A stretch of 48,861 nucleotides of DNA from Marine Group I thaumarchaeote (GCA_044358425.1 CP054849.1:1263080-1311940), one strand, 5' to 3'; numbered from the stretch's first letter, positions 1 through 10,836 are shown. A program made the numbers and translations. The notes: generated from the letters alone by a model not told the origin.

Positions 1-1438
1 CACGAATTTCTCTAAGCATTTGGACTTGTGGTGCAAGTTCTGAGCCGTAAGCTGCTGTTGCAATTAGACAACCGCCGCCTTCTTCAGATGACTCTTGAGG
101 TGCTGCAACTGGTTCATCTACAACTTGTTCAACTACTGCAGATTTCTTTTCTCCAAATGTTTTATCAACAACAACAAAAGCAAATTCTGTTTCTTGTCCA
201 GTATTTCGAATATTTTCAAATTTAACTATTGTAGGTCCTGTCTGACCTTCAGAAAATGTGAACTTTTCAAAATCTCCACCTACTTCAGCATTATCACTTA
301 CACGATGAAGTTCTTTGTTGTTTTGAATAATTACAAATGTGTAATCAGAAAGTCTCATTGGTGAATCAGTGTAACTATCTCTAATTGTGAAAACAAAATT
401 AGTTGGAACTTCAACCTCAATATCCTTAGGATCCCATGCTAAATTGACTTTGAATTCTTCACTTGCAGTATAAGCAATTAAAGGAAATTTAGTTTCTTCA
501 CTTGCAGATAATTTAAACTCAATTTTGTCGGGTAATGGTTGTTCTAATTCACGCATCTCATTTTTCAAATAACGAAGATGATCTTGCAATAAAACAAAAT
601 GAACAGTACGTTCATCATCATAAGTATAATCATCTACAGTAACTGAAGATTTGAATAATTTGATATCATTTACATGGCCAGTGTAACTAGGACTCAAAAA
701 TTCTTCAAAATCTTTTGGAAACTGTGTTTCAACATGAATAACATTCACATGAGACATTTTACTTTCATTCCAATCAAATGGCATTTCAAAAGTTACTTCT
801 TTTTTATCAGAATCATATTGAAAATTTGAAATTGAATCAAAATATGATTTAGTACCAAATTCTACATCTTGATTATTTTGATCTTTTTGTGTAAAAGATT
901 TGGACTCGACGATGGTTAAATCAGCAGTATACACACCAGAGTCCTCTATGATGTTTGTGGGCTCATCAATTGTTCTAATCTCAATTTCAAAGGTATACAA
1001 CCCTCCTGAATTAAAAATTGGACCTGTGATTTCTACGGGATTGAATTCAGTACCATACCATGCTCCAAGTAATGAATCCTTTTCTCCCACAATTGTAATA
1101 TCTCCATCATTTGTTGGTGTAACAGTAATTGGTAAAATTCCATTTTCAGCGAAAAAGTAATTTCTCAATATCATTTCATCTTTGTAAAAAATTCCAATAA
1201 GATATGTCACATTATTTACATTTTCATCAGTTTCATTATCTGTTGCAGTTATTGTAATTTGCTCCTGTTCATTTTCAAAATACATTGGCATTTCTATAGA
1301 AACAGAAAATTGTTTTTCTTGAATACTTATTGAAGAAATTGTGTCAATTCCTAAACCATGTCCGTAAACACTACTTGCTGGAAATAACAGACAAAAGATG
1401 ATTGAAAAAATTAAAATTTTTTTTATTGACAACATCAT
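1..1438 (-). CDS. Secreted/surface protein with C-terminal CFI-box-CTERM domain (3' end runs off the window; absent from the ORF track)
   Basis: Manual translation: N-terminus MMLSIKKILIFSIIFCLLFPASSVYG|HGLGIDT (signal peptide). The same frame at the window edge reads ...ESSEEGGGCLIATAAYGSELAPQVQMLREIR, the GGC(F/L)IATAAYGS motif. Both ends are in the same frame; the middle was not fully checked for stops. Confidence 0.85.
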   Translation of the reverse strand, partial: MMLSIKKILIFSIIFCLLFPASSVYGHGLGIDTISSISIQEKQFSVSIEMPMYFENEQEQITITATDNETDENVNNVTYLIGIFYKDEMILRNYFFAENGILPITVTPTNDGDITIVGEKDSLLGAWYGTEFNPVEITGPIFNSGGLYTFEIEIRTIDEPTNIIEDSGVYTADLTIVESKSFTQKDQNNQDVEFGTKSYFDSISNFQYDSDKKEVTFEMPFDWNESKMSHVNVIHVETQFPKDFEEFLSPSYTGHVNDIKLFKSSVTVDDYTYDDERTVHFVLLQDHLRYLKNEMRELEQPLPDKIEFKLSASEETKFPLIAYTASEEFKVNLAWDPKDIEVEVPTNFVFTIRDSYTDSPMRLSDYTFVIIQNNKELHRVSDNAEVGGDFEKFTFSEGQTGPTIVKFENIRNTGQETEFAFVVVDKTFGEKKSAVVEQVVDEPVAAPQESSEEGGGCLIATAAYGSELAPQVQMLREIR

Positions 1439-1453
1439 ACTCCGATTATAGGC

Positions 1454-2164
1454 CTATTTTACTGTCAGTAATTCTTTAGTCGTTTCTATAAGATCTTCCA
1501 TAGTTGTTGCTTCTAAAAGTGGTTGAAGTTCATTAGGATCCTTTGCACCAAGTGCTGCTAGAGAGTAAATATAATCAATAGTTGGGGAATCGCTAGTTAG
1601 ATAGTATTGTTCTAAAACATGATCTAGGGCATGAGATTCAACAATTTGTGGTAAGGCCTGATGAATAATTTTCTTTTTCCATAATTCAATTAATGACTTC
1701 CATCGCACTAAAGAAATATTTTCATCAATTTCAGGGATCAATTCAACTTCAGCTCGTATGTACATTTTTTCTTGAGTGCCAATTTCCTCATGAATTTTTG
1801 ATATTTCTTGATGACCCTCAACTGAAAGTGGATCATAATTATCAGGTTGGGAAAGGACAGGTGGAATAATTTTTTTTATTCTAAACGAATTTCTCCCCAT
1901 TGTTTCAATATGAAGTTGTAATCCATCAAGTTCAACATCCTCACATTTACTAATTTTGGCAATTGTTCCAACTAATTTTGGAGAATTCCATCCATTAACT
2001 GACTTTTGTTCATCAATCAAGCAAACACCAAATTGGCCATCACCAAGCATGCAATCATCTACAAGTTGTTTGTATCGAGGCTCAAAAATCCTAAGAGGTA
2101 GTTCCTGTCTAGGAAACAAAACTAAGTCTAATGGAAAAATTGGAATAATTTTTTTTTCACTCAT
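1454..2164 (-). CDS. Stand-alone Lon N-terminal (substrate-binding) domain protein
   Basis: IPIFPLDLVLFPRQELPLRIFEPRYKQLVDDC is the LON_substr_bdg signature; no AAA+ or protease domain follows. Confidence 0.85.
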   Translation of the reverse strand: MSEKKIIPIFPLDLVLFPRQELPLRIFEPRYKQLVDDCMLGDGQFGVCLIDEQKSVNGWNSPKLVGTIAKISKCEDVELDGLQLHIETMGRNSFRIKKIIPPVLSQPDNYDPLSVEGHQEISKIHEEIGTQEKMYIRAEVELIPEIDENISLVRWKSLIELWKKKIIHQALPQIVESHALDHVLEQYYLTSDSPTIDYIYSLAALGAKDPNELQPLLEATTMEDLIETTKELLTVK

Positions 2165-2215
2165 TTAATCATCTTTTACGGTTTCAAAATATATGGAATA
2201 CGGAAGCCAAAGAAA

Positions 2216-3145
2216 TTAGAATCCATTTTCATTTAATGTTAAACCTAGCAATGTAGCACGGGTATATTTTCCATATTCAGCTTGTTGGAAATATTTAGCA
2301 TTTTTTGTTTTATCAACTTCGGTAGAAATTTCATCAATTCTAGGCAATGGATGTAAAATAATTGAATCATCTTTCATTTGATTAACTAAATCTTGTCCAA
2401 CTACATAACTGCCCTTTACTTTTAGATATTCTTCTTCATCTGGAAACCTTTCTTTTTGAATTCGTGTTACATACAAAACATCTAGTTCATCAATATGATC
2501 CTCAAGTTTAGTTGATTCAGTAAAGTCAATATTCTTTTTAATATCATAAGTTGAGTCAGATCTAATTCTCAAAGACTCAGGTGAAATTAAGCGAACATCA
2601 ACATCATAGTTGCCTAAACCATACAATAGTGAATAAACTGTTCTTCCATATTTCAAATCTCCAACAATACCAATTTTTAATCCATCAATCTTTTTCTTTT
2701 CTTTTTTGATTGTATACAAATCTTGAATTGCTTGAGTAGGATGTTCTTCAGTACCGCTACCAGCATTAATTACAGGTTTATCTGAAATCTCTGAAGCAAA
2801 TCTACTTGAACCATCCAAAGTATGTCTCAAAACAAGAAGATCTGAATAGATAGACATTATTTTTACAGTGTCTGCAAGACTTTCTCCTTTTTGAGTTGAT
2901 GAAGATGAAATATTTGAAATTCCTAAGGAGTTGCCTCCAATTGAGGCCATTGCGGAATCAAAACTTAGACGAGTTCTAGTACTTGGTTCATAAAACAAAT
3001 AGCCCAAAGTTTTTCCTTTACAAATTTCTCGTCTTTGAGATGAATCTAGTTGAATCATCTTATCTGTTGATGTAAAGATTTTTTCTAATTGATCCTTACT
3101 AAAATCCTTGATTGAAATAATGTCCTTGTTGTAGAATTCATTCAT
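2216..3145 (-). CDS. pyrB: Aspartate carbamoyltransferase catalytic subunit
   Basis: FYEPSTRTRLSF, HPTQ, VTRIQKERF and HPLPR motifs. Confidence 0.98.
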   Translation of the reverse strand: MNEFYNKDIISIKDFSKDQLEKIFTSTDKMIQLDSSQRREICKGKTLGYLFYEPSTRTRLSFDSAMASIGGNSLGISNISSSSTQKGESLADTVKIMSIYSDLLVLRHTLDGSSRFASEISDKPVINAGSGTEEHPTQAIQDLYTIKKEKKKIDGLKIGIVGDLKYGRTVYSLLYGLGNYDVDVRLISPESLRIRSDSTYDIKKNIDFTESTKLEDHIDELDVLYVTRIQKERFPDEEEYLKVKGSYVVGQDLVNQMKDDSIILHPLPRIDEISTEVDKTKNAKYFQQAEYGKYTRATLLGLTLNENGF

Positions 3146-3186
3146 TCTTTCAATAATATATACAAGTGACTATACAAAGTATTCTG

Positions 3187-3648
3187 ATGGAACAGTCTGA
3201 ACTAATGGTTCGACGAATCAAAGAAGGCACAGTTATTGATCATATTGATGAAGGGAAGGGCCTACAGGTTCTCGATGCCCTAAGAATTGATGGTCAGGAT
3301 GGCAGTTTGATCACTTTAGCCATGAATGTTCCAAGTGGAAAATCAAAGAAAAAGGACATTATCAAAGTAGAAAATAAATTTCTAAAAGATGATGATACAA
3401 ATAAGATTGCAATAATAGCCTCTAAAGCAACAATCAATATTATAAAAAATTACAAATTAATTGAAAAAAGACGAGTTGCACTTCCAAATGAAATTGATAA
3501 AATATTTCGTTGTACTAATCCTGATTGCATTACAAACAGTACAGAGCATATCGAATCAATAATGGATGTGATTGACAAAGATGGTATGGTTCTCAAATGT
3601 AGATATTGTGCAAGAATATTAGATGTAAGTAAAATAAAATATAATTAG
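3187..3648 (+). CDS. pyrI: Aspartate carbamoyltransferase regulatory subunit
   Basis: IKEGTVIDHI, KKDIIKVE, and Zn ligands CTNPDC...CRYC; ATG 3187 preferred over GTG 3166. Confidence 0.96.
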   Translation: MEQSELMVRRIKEGTVIDHIDEGKGLQVLDALRIDGQDGSLITLAMNVPSGKSKKKDIIKVENKFLKDDDTNKIAIIASKATINIIKNYKLIEKRRVALPNEIDKIFRCTNPDCITNSTEHIESIMDVIDKDGMVLKCRYCARILDVSKIKYN

Positions 3649-3685
3649 AAAATAAAATTAAAAATTGAAAAGTTTGTAGTAAGGA

Positions 3686-3991
3686 CTATTGTCCCAAGAT
3701 GATAAACATCATAACTATACCGTAGATTGCGATTGATTCGACCATACCTACGAAGATGAATACTTTTGATTGCAATGCTGGATTCTCACTGATTACTGCA
3801 AGACCTGCTGCACCGACTTGACCTAAACCAATACCTGCACCAAATGCTGCAAGACCAAATGCCAAACCTGCACCAAGAATTTTCAATGATCCATCACTTG
3901 ATGCACCATCTTCTTGTGCATATGCTACACCAGTTGATCCGATAACTGAAATTACTGCTGCTGCCAAAAGTAACAAGACAATAGTTTTCAT
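3686..3991 (-). CDS. atpK: A1Ao ATP synthase proteolipid subunit K (c)
   Basis: Signal-peptide-like leader, Gly-zipper helix GLAAFGAGIGLG, and ion-carrying Glu in MVESIAIY; located in the ATP synthase cluster. Confidence 0.95.
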   Translation of the reverse strand: MKTIVLLLLAAAVISVIGSTGVAYAQEDGASSDGSLKILGAGLAFGLAAFGAGIGLGQVGAAGLAVISENPALQSKVFIFVGMVESIAIYGIVMMFIILGQ

Positions 3992-4016
3992 TGTAAATTG
4001 GACTCGATAAGTTCCT

Positions 4017-4024
4017 TATTTAAA
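4017..4024 (-). promoter_or_regulatory. Internal TATA box (TTTAAATA) for atpK
   Basis: TATA-like octamer about 26 nt upstream of the atpK ATG, the spacing typical of leaderless archaeal transcripts. Confidence 0.55.
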
Positions 4025-4042
4025 TCATGATAAGAATTTGAA

Positions 4043-4174
4043 TTAAATTTTGGATAGTGTTTTCTTTTTGAAACTAGATAGATCATCTTTGATCGATTTT
4101 GAAAAATTATCTTTATCCTGATCTAAAGATTTCTTGGAATCTTCAATTAATTTTTTAATCTCTTCTTTAGCCAT
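4043..4174 (-). CDS. 43-aa charged helical microprotein between atpD and atpK
   Basis: MAKEEIKKLIEDSKKSLDQDKDNFSKSIKDDLSSFKKKTLSKI*. The ATG overlaps the atpD stop (ATGGCTAA, 8 nt) and the ORF fills the gap up to the atpK promoter. Confidence 0.7.
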   Translation of the reverse strand: MAKEEIKKLIEDSKKSLDQDKDNFSKSIKDDLSSFKKKTLSKI

Positions 4175-4805
4175 TATCTCTACTCTCCATCTTAGCCTTC
4201 ACTTTTTTTAACTTTGCGAATTCTTCTCTTTCTCTTTCTTCAAGAGTAGCAAGAATGAATCTAATTTTATGCTGATATTGAGGAATAATTACATTTTCTA
4301 GTGCATTTAGCAGTTTTTGTGTTTTTTCTAGTGCTTTTGCAAGGCTAAAGATAGAATTTTCGTATTCTGCAGCTTTACAAATTTTTGGCAATAATTCTTT
4401 GATTTGTTTTGCACCTCGATCTATTGAAGAATTGGTATCTGCAAACCCATATGGCATTGATTTTGTATCTTTTTCAGTTACTGACAATGCAGGAATTTTA
4501 ACATCTACAACTCTTCTAACGTTAACATCAACTTCCATTACAGGAGGAGTAGATTCTGCAACAGAATCAACTGTGTTTGTACCTAGAGCTAAATATGCTT
4601 CATTTACAGATTTGTAAATATCTTGTAATGGATCCCAAATTCCCCCTCTTGCTTTTGAAGCCTCTTCAATCATTTCTTCAATATTTTTTAACAAAACTTT
4701 ACGTTTATCATCTAAAATTCCCTGTACCATTACAGCAACTTGACTTGATTTTTTGTATTTGAAAAGTTCGATTTTTGTCGCAGCAACATTTTGTCCAAAT
4801 GACAT
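4167..4805 (-). CDS. atpD: A1Ao ATP synthase subunit D
   Basis: ILDDKRKVLL...KTQKLLNALENVIIP...LEEREREEFAKLK motifs. Confidence 0.96.
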   Translation of the reverse strand: MSFGQNVAATKIELFKYKKSSQVAVMVQGILDDKRKVLLKNIEEMIEEASKARGGIWDPLQDIYKSVNEAYLALGTNTVDSVAESTPPVMEVDVNVRRVVDVKIPALSVTEKDTKSMPYGFADTNSSIDRGAKQIKELLPKICKAAEYENSIFSLAKALEKTQKLLNALENVIIPQYQHKIRFILATLEEREREEFAKLKKVKAKMESRDNG

Positions 4806-4810
4806 TTTTG

Positions 4811-6196
4811 TTACTCGCCCTGATAATACTGATCTACGAATTTATCTTTAATCTTGGTAATTTCATTTCTTGGAAGTTTTGAAACAATCTTCCACAAGAT
4901 TGCAAGTGTTTCTTCAATTGTTCTATTTTCATCAGTTGCTTGTGAAAGGAATTCTTTCTCAAAGACATCACCAACATCCATGTATTTCAAATCAATTTCA
5001 GTTAATCCTGCTTTACCAACGATTCCTGCTAATGCTCTAACTTCTTGTGCTCTAGAATAAGCGTCATAAACTTGGTTAGCAATTTCACTGTGATCATCTC
5101 TTGTACTTCCTTCACCAATTCCGTCTTTCATCAATCTACTAAGACTCATCAAAATATTGATTGGTGGATATACTCCTTGTCTGAATAAATCTCTACCAAC
5201 TACAATTTGACCTTCTGTAATGTAACCAGTAAGATCTGGAATTGGGTGGGTAATATCATCAGATGGCATTGATAAAATTGGAACTTGTGTAACACTTCCT
5301 TTCTTACCGTTTAGTTTTCCTGCTCTTTCGTAAAGTGTTGAAAGGTCAGTGTAAAGATAACCAGGATATCCTTTTCTTCCAGGAACTTCTTCTCTTGCTG
5401 CACTAATTTCTCTTAGTGCTTCAGCATAGTTTGTCATATCTGTAAGAATTACTAGAACATGCATTCCTAATTCAAATGCCAAATACTCTGCAACAGTTAA
5501 TGCTACACGAGGAGTGATAATTCTTTCAATTGCAGGATCGTCTGCTGTATTCAAAAATAGAACACTTCTTTTTAGTGCACCAGATTCTTCAAGACTTTTT
5601 CTAAAGTATTCTGCTTCACTGTATTGCACACCAATTGCTGCAAAGACTACAGCAAAATCATCATCAGTACCAACTACTGATGCTTGTCTTGCAATTTGTG
5701 CTGCTAGTAAGTTGTGTGACATACCAGAACCTGAAAAGATTGGAAGTTTTTGTCCTCTTACAAGAGTAATTAATCCATCAATTACAGATACACCAGTTTG
5801 AATGAAATCTTTTGGATATTCACGTTGTTCTGGATTCATTGGTTCACCGTTAATATCAATAAATTTATCAGCAATTGGATCAGGTAATCCATCTTTTGGT
5901 CTTCCTAATCCATCAAAGACTCTACCAAGTACTTCTTTAGATACTGGCATTTCCATTACTTTACCAACAAATTTTGCATTGGTTCCAGAAATAGATAATC
6001 CAGTAGTTCCTTCAAAGACTTGGACGATTGCTTTACCGTTTCCAACTTCAAGAACTTTACCTAGTCTTCTTTCGCCATCATTTGTTTCAACTTCTACGAG
6101 TTCGTCAAATGCTGCATTTTCTACATCATCAACTACTACAAGAGGTCCTTTAATTTCAGCAATTTTGCTGTATTGAACTCCGCCTTCGGTGGTCAA
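4811..6196 (-). CDS. atpB: A1Ao ATP synthase subunit B
   Basis: [31 protein letters not shown] and [18 protein letters not shown]; TTG start overlaps the atpA stop. Confidence 0.98.
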   Translation of the reverse strand: MTTEGGVQYSKIAEIKGPLVVVDDVENAAFDELVEVETNDGERRLGKVLEVGNGKAIVQVFEGTTGLSISGTNAKFVGKVMEMPVSKEVLGRVFDGLGRPKDGLPDPIADKFIDINGEPMNPEQREYPKDFIQTGVSVIDGLITLVRGQKLPIFSGSGMSHNLLAAQIARQASVVGTDDDFAVVFAAIGVQYSEAEYFRKSLEESGALKRSVLFLNTADDPAIERIITPRVALTVAEYLAFELGMHVLVILTDMTNYAEALREISAAREEVPGRKGYPGYLYTDLSTLYERAGKLNGKKGSVTQVPILSMPSDDITHPIPDLTGYITEGQIVVGRDLFRQGVYPPINILMSLSRLMKDGIGEGSTRDDHSEIANQVYDAYSRAQEVRALAGIVGKAGLTEIDLKYMDVGDVFEKEFLSQATDENRTIEETLAILWKIVSKLPRNEITKIKDKFVDQYYQGE

Positions 6197-7971
6197 TTTG
6201 TAACTTTCACTCCTGAAATATTTTTGAATTGTTCTTTCATGTCGTTTTCTAATTGATCAAGTTTTGGCATCTCATCATCTTTGATATCCATTCTTGCTTT
6301 AAGCAATGATGTAACAACAGGTAATTCACGAATTGAAGCAAGTGATGCTCCTTCTTTAAGAGATTGTTGACCTTGTTTGTAGAAATCAACAACTAATTTC
6401 AATAATTTGAATTGTTTCTCTGGACTACAGTATGTATCAACATCGTCAAATGAGTTTTGTTGAAGGAGACCAATCTTTACCATTCTTGCAATTTCTAAGA
6501 TGAGTTTTTCTTCATCAGGTAATGCATCTGGACCTAAGAGTTTTACAATTTCTTTTAGAGTATCTTCTCTTTGTAAAATTCCATAAGCTTCATTTCTAAT
6601 TCCAAACCAATCTTCACTGATATTTTCACCCCACCATTTTGCAATATCGCCAAGATAACCAGAGTAACTGTTCATCCAGTTAATTGATGGATAGTGTCTA
6701 GAGTAAGCAAGTTTTGCATCTAATGCCCAGAAAGTTTTGATAAATCTCATTGTGTGTGTTGTAACTGGTTCTGTAAAGTCACCACCAGATGGTGAAACTG
6801 CACCAATCAAAGTTACAGAACCATCACGGTCTGGACTTCCAGCTGCTCTAACACGACCTGCTCTTTCATAAAATTCGGCTAATCTAGATGCAAGATAAGA
6901 TGGATAACCTTCTTCTGCTGGCATTTCTTCTAATCTACCACTCATTTCTCTTAGTGCTTCAGCCCATCTACTTGTTGAATCTGCTACAAGAACGACGTCT
7001 TTACCCATATCTCTGTAATATTCTGCAATTGTAACTCCAGTGTAGATGCTTGCTTCTCTTGCTGCTACTGGCATGTTACTAGTATTTGCAACAAGGACAG
7101 TTCTATCCATTAGAGGTTTTCCACTTCGTGGATCTTTAAGATGTGGGAATTCAACTAATACTTCAGTCATTTCATTTCCTCTTTCTCCACATCCAATGTA
7201 AACAACAACTTGTGAATTAGCCCATTTTGCAATTTGGTGTAATGTAACAGTTTTTCCAGTTCCAAATGCTCCAGGAATTGAACCAGTTCCTCCTTTAGCA
7301 ATTGGGAAGAATGTATCAATTACACGTTGCCCAGTAAGTAATGGAACTGTTGCATCATATCTTGTGTTATATGGACGTGGTTTTCTTACAGGCCATCTAT
7401 GATACATTTTGAGTGGAACGTTTTGACCGTCTTTTTCAACAGTTGCTAATTCAGTTTCTAAATTATAATCTCCTTCGGATACAAGGTTTGAAATTTTTCC
7501 GCCAGGGTGGTTTGGTGGAACCATAATAGAGTGTTCAATAAGATCAGTTTCTTGAACAGTTCCAATTACATTACCTGGTAAAACTTCATCGCCATTACTT
7601 GCAGTTGGAACAAAGTGGTATGTCTTCTCCATATCAACAGGAGTTGTGGTAATACCTCTACCAATGAATGATCCAGATGCTTTTGATAATTCTTTTAGTG
7701 GTCTTTGAATTCCGTCATAAAGTTGTCCAATAATTCCTGGACCTAATAATACACTAAGTGGGTTTCCGGTTCCAATTACTGGTTCACCTGGTTTTAATCC
7801 ACTTGTTGACTCATAAACTTGAATAAATGCTACGTCTCCAGTTAGTCTAATTACTTCACCGACTAATTTTGAATCTCCTACTGTGACAGTTTCATACATT
7901 TTGGCATCTGCCATTCCATCAGCTCTAACTGCTGGACCGCTTACCCATACAATTCTGCCTTGTGCTGTCAT
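6193..7971 (-). CDS. atpA: A1Ao ATP synthase catalytic subunit A
   Basis: Walker [18 protein letters not shown] and [14 protein letters not shown]; normal length, no intein. Confidence 0.99.
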   Translation of the reverse strand: MTAQGRIVWVSGPAVRADGMADAKMYETVTVGDSKLVGEVIRLTGDVAFIQVYESTSGLKPGEPVIGTGNPLSVLLGPGIIGQLYDGIQRPLKELSKASGSFIGRGITTTPVDMEKTYHFVPTASNGDEVLPGNVIGTVQETDLIEHSIMVPPNHPGGKISNLVSEGDYNLETELATVEKDGQNVPLKMYHRWPVRKPRPYNTRYDATVPLLTGQRVIDTFFPIAKGGTGSIPGAFGTGKTVTLHQIAKWANSQVVVYIGCGERGNEMTEVLVEFPHLKDPRSGKPLMDRTVLVANTSNMPVAAREASIYTGVTIAEYYRDMGKDVVLVADSTSRWAEALREMSGRLEEMPAEEGYPSYLASRLAEFYERAGRVRAAGSPDRDGSVTLIGAVSPSGGDFTEPVTTHTMRFIKTFWALDAKLAYSRHYPSINWMNSYSGYLGDIAKWWGENISEDWFGIRNEAYGILQREDTLKEIVKLLGPDALPDEEKLILEIARMVKIGLLQQNSFDDVDTYCSPEKQFKLLKLVVDFYKQGQQSLKEGASLASIRELPVVTSLLKARMDIKDDEMPKLDQLENDMKEQFKNISGVKVTN

Positions 7972-7972
7972 C

Positions 7973-8575
7973 TTATTCTTTTACCCCGAATTTTGTTGCA
8001 ATTTCTTTCCTAATTAAAGGCTTTAATCGATCGATCTTTGCGTCAATAGTATTATCGAATTTCATAGCTCCATCTTTAGATTGGATTTTAACACCACCAA
8101 TGCATTCAATTGTTTCAGATGATAATTCAGAACCAGCAAAACTACCTAACGTTGATTGAACTACATCACGATCTTTAGAATTTGTAAATACTGTAACTTC
8201 AGATGTTCCTAAGACTTTAGTTGATTCATCTAATAATGATTTAATGAGATTTGCATAATCGCCGCTACGATCAGAATTTGAAATTTCTTCTACTGCTTTT
8301 GTGAAAACTCGAGAAACAGCGTCTTCAACGGCTAAAAGTTGTTTATTTCTGGCTTCAATGTCAGAACTTCCAACTATTTGTTTTTCTAGTTTGTCTGCCT
8401 CTTTTCGTCCATCTGCAACAATTTTGTCATATTCATCTTCTAATTTAGTCACAGAATTATCAAGAGTTTGATGAGAATCGCTAAGTGCTCCATCTAAATT
8501 GGACAATACATCCTGTTCAGTCTGATCGAGAATCTTGTCAATCGTCTTTTCAAGAGAAGAATTTGCCAACATCAC
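7973..8575 (-). CDS. atpE: A1Ao ATP synthase subunit E
   Basis: N-terminal coiled coil and C-terminal [18 protein letters not shown] motif; directly upstream of atpA. Confidence 0.93.
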   Translation of the reverse strand: MMLANSSLEKTIDKILDQTEQDVLSNLDGALSDSHQTLDNSVTKLEDEYDKIVADGRKEADKLEKQIVGSSDIEARNKQLLAVEDAVSRVFTKAVEEISNSDRSGDYANLIKSLLDESTKVLGTSEVTVFTNSKDRDVVQSTLGSFAGSELSSETIECIGGVKIQSKDGAMKFDNTIDAKIDRLKPLIRKEIATKFGVKE

Positions 8576-8663
8576 GCGTTTATTCGTAATAGATTTTAAT
8601 GTTTGGAAAAGAAAATTTGGTTGAGAAAGATATTAAAAACTAAGAAATTTTCAGAGGATTAAC

Positions 8664-10763
8664 TTGGCAATAGCTGATCTGAAACTTGGAAGTATAATTT
8701 TACCAAGATCTGAGTCGCCAAAGGCCATTTCTAGACTAACTGAATTTGAATGGTTTCATAAACTTGATACAGATAACGATACAGTAACTCCAGAAATTGA
8801 TGATTTGTTATTGGAAGCCCAAAAGACATACCAATCCATTGATGATGTTATCAAAGGTCTTGGAGTTCCTCAAATGGTAGGAATTCTTGAAATTATGTTC
8901 AAAGGAACTATGATCAAAAAGAAGGACTATGAAATTGATGAAATTGAAGATATGGTTAAAGACTTGATTCAAAGAACACCATCAATAATTGATGAACCTG
9001 CTAAACTTTTAGAAGAACAAGCTGACACAAAACGATCACTTGAAGAATATACATCACTTAAAGAAACACTCGAAGTTGCAAAAAAGCTAAACATTGATCT
9101 TTCAGGATTTGGATTAATGAAATATTTTTACACAAATCTCTTTGTTATTGATTCAAAAGACTATGAGGAAATTAGTAGAGCATTAGATGGAATTACATAT
9201 TACAAATATGATTTAGCCCTTAAAGAAAAATCTGCAATTTTAGTAATTGCTAGTGTAGAGGATTCTGATAAAGCATTAAAAGTGCTCAGAGGTTTCAATG
9301 CAAACCCATTTTCTATTCCTGAAGGAATCCCACAAGTTCCAGCTGAGGCATATGCAATGGCTGAGGCTAAAATTAAAGAATTAACTTCAAAGCAATCAAC
9401 CATTACAAAACAAATTGCAAAAATTACAAAGAAAATTAGACGTGATATTTTAGCAATTCATGAGGAAGCTCAAGTTGCAAAAGACGTTCTTGAAACACTA
9501 AGAAAACCAGGTGGAACCAAGAATTTTGCAGTAATTCAAGGATTCATTCCAGTAAAGATGGAAGAGAAATTTAAGAATGCAACTAAAGAATGGATGTCAG
9601 TTTCTGAAGACATTACAGATCCTAAATTAAAAGAACAAGTTCCAACTTTATTTGATAACAAAAAATTTGTTAGAACATTTGAAGTAATTACAGAAAGTCA
9701 GGGAATTCCAAGAAAAGGAGAAGCTGACCCAACACCTATGATTGCTTTGATGTGGCCAATTTTCTACGGATTGATGTTTGCAGACGTTGGTCACGGATTA
9801 TTGTTAATGGGAATGGGATTATTATTCAAATTCAAAGGACAAGGTAACCTTTCAAGATGGGGAATGCTAATTGCAATTTCCGGAGCATCTGCAGCTATAG
9901 CGGGTGTTGGAGCCGGTGAAGCGTTTGGATTCCACCTTGAGTACTTAGGACCGTTAGGAGGATTATTAGAAAAAGGAGGAGCTTTGCATTCAGTAAGCTG
10001 GCTTGTAGGAATTATCAGTGTTGCAGAATTAACATTTGAACAAGTAATCAACATCCTCAAAGTATCATTATTCATTGGAATTGTTCATTTAGTTTGGGCA
10101 ATGATTCTACATGTTAAGAAATTAGCTCAAGAGGGCAAAAAATTTGTAATGTTCATGGAAGCAATTCCAAGCATCACACTATACGGCGGAATTGTCGTTA
10201 TCATGATGTGTGCAATTGGTGCAAACTATGATGTCATGAACATGTATTCTAAAGTGCATACTGAAGCAGTTCCTTGGGTAACAATATTCTTAGGTGATTG
10301 GGCACAAGTTTGGATTGTTACAAGAATTGCAGTAATTATTGTAATTGCATCAATGGTTATGATGATGATTGGAGGAATTATGCATGCAAAGAAGCATCCA
10401 GAAGATGGAGGTTCAGCAGCAAATGTTGTGATGGAAGTATTCTTAGGTAAAACAGTAGAAGCGCTAGCCCACACAATCAGTTACGCTAGACTTGGAATTA
10501 TGCTGCTGGTGCATGCTGCGTTATTAATGACAGTTAACAATGCATTCAAGTCTCTAGGAGGAATGGAATCAGGTGCTGCAATGGCAATGATCATTGGAGG
10601 AAACTTGGGAATTATGATGATTGAAGGATTAATTGTATACATCCAGTCTCTCAGATTGCACTTGTATGAATTCTTTACAAAATGGTACAGTGGTGGTGCA
10701 CAACCATTTAGACAAATTAGACCAGAACTAATTTACAATCAGTTCATCTGGAAGAAAAAATAA
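8664..10763 (+). CDS. atpI: A1Ao ATP synthase subunit I (a)
   Basis: DPTP..FYGLMFADVGHG, essential Arg in SYARL, and QSLRLHLYEFFTKWY. Confidence 0.97.
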   Translation: MAIADLKLGSIILPRSESPKAISRLTEFEWFHKLDTDNDTVTPEIDDLLLEAQKTYQSIDDVIKGLGVPQMVGILEIMFKGTMIKKKDYEIDEIEDMVKDLIQRTPSIIDEPAKLLEEQADTKRSLEEYTSLKETLEVAKKLNIDLSGFGLMKYFYTNLFVIDSKDYEEISRALDGITYYKYDLALKEKSAILVIASVEDSDKALKVLRGFNANPFSIPEGIPQVPAEAYAMAEAKIKELTSKQSTITKQIAKITKKIRRDILAIHEEAQVAKDVLETLRKPGGTKNFAVIQGFIPVKMEEKFKNATKEWMSVSEDITDPKLKEQVPTLFDNKKFVRTFEVITESQGIPRKGEADPTPMIALMWPIFYGLMFADVGHGLLLMGMGLLFKFKGQGNLSRWGMLIAISGASAAIAGVGAGEAFGFHLEYLGPLGGLLEKGGALHSVSWLVGIISVAELTFEQVINILKVSLFIGIVHLVWAMILHVKKLAQEGKKFVMFMEAIPSITLYGGIVVIMMCAIGANYDVMNMYSKVHTEAVPWVTIFLGDWAQVWIVTRIAVIIVIASMVMMMIGGIMHAKKHPEDGGSAANVVMEVFLGKTVEALAHTISYARLGIMLLVHAALLMTVNNAFKSLGGMESGAAMAMIIGGNLGIMMIEGLIVYIQSLRLHLYEFFTKWYSGGAQPFRQIRPELIYNQFIWKKK

Positions 10764-10836
10764 ATTATAAAATTATTTTATTGCTTTTACTAAACTTGAA
10801 ATTTTTCTACCTTTAATTTTGTCACAATACTTTAAT

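Noticed and set aside
28-1160. Plus-strand ORFs 28-225, 95-364 and 900-1160
   Set aside because: Antisense shadows of the minus-strand CFI-box-CTERM gene, which the track omitted because it runs off the window.
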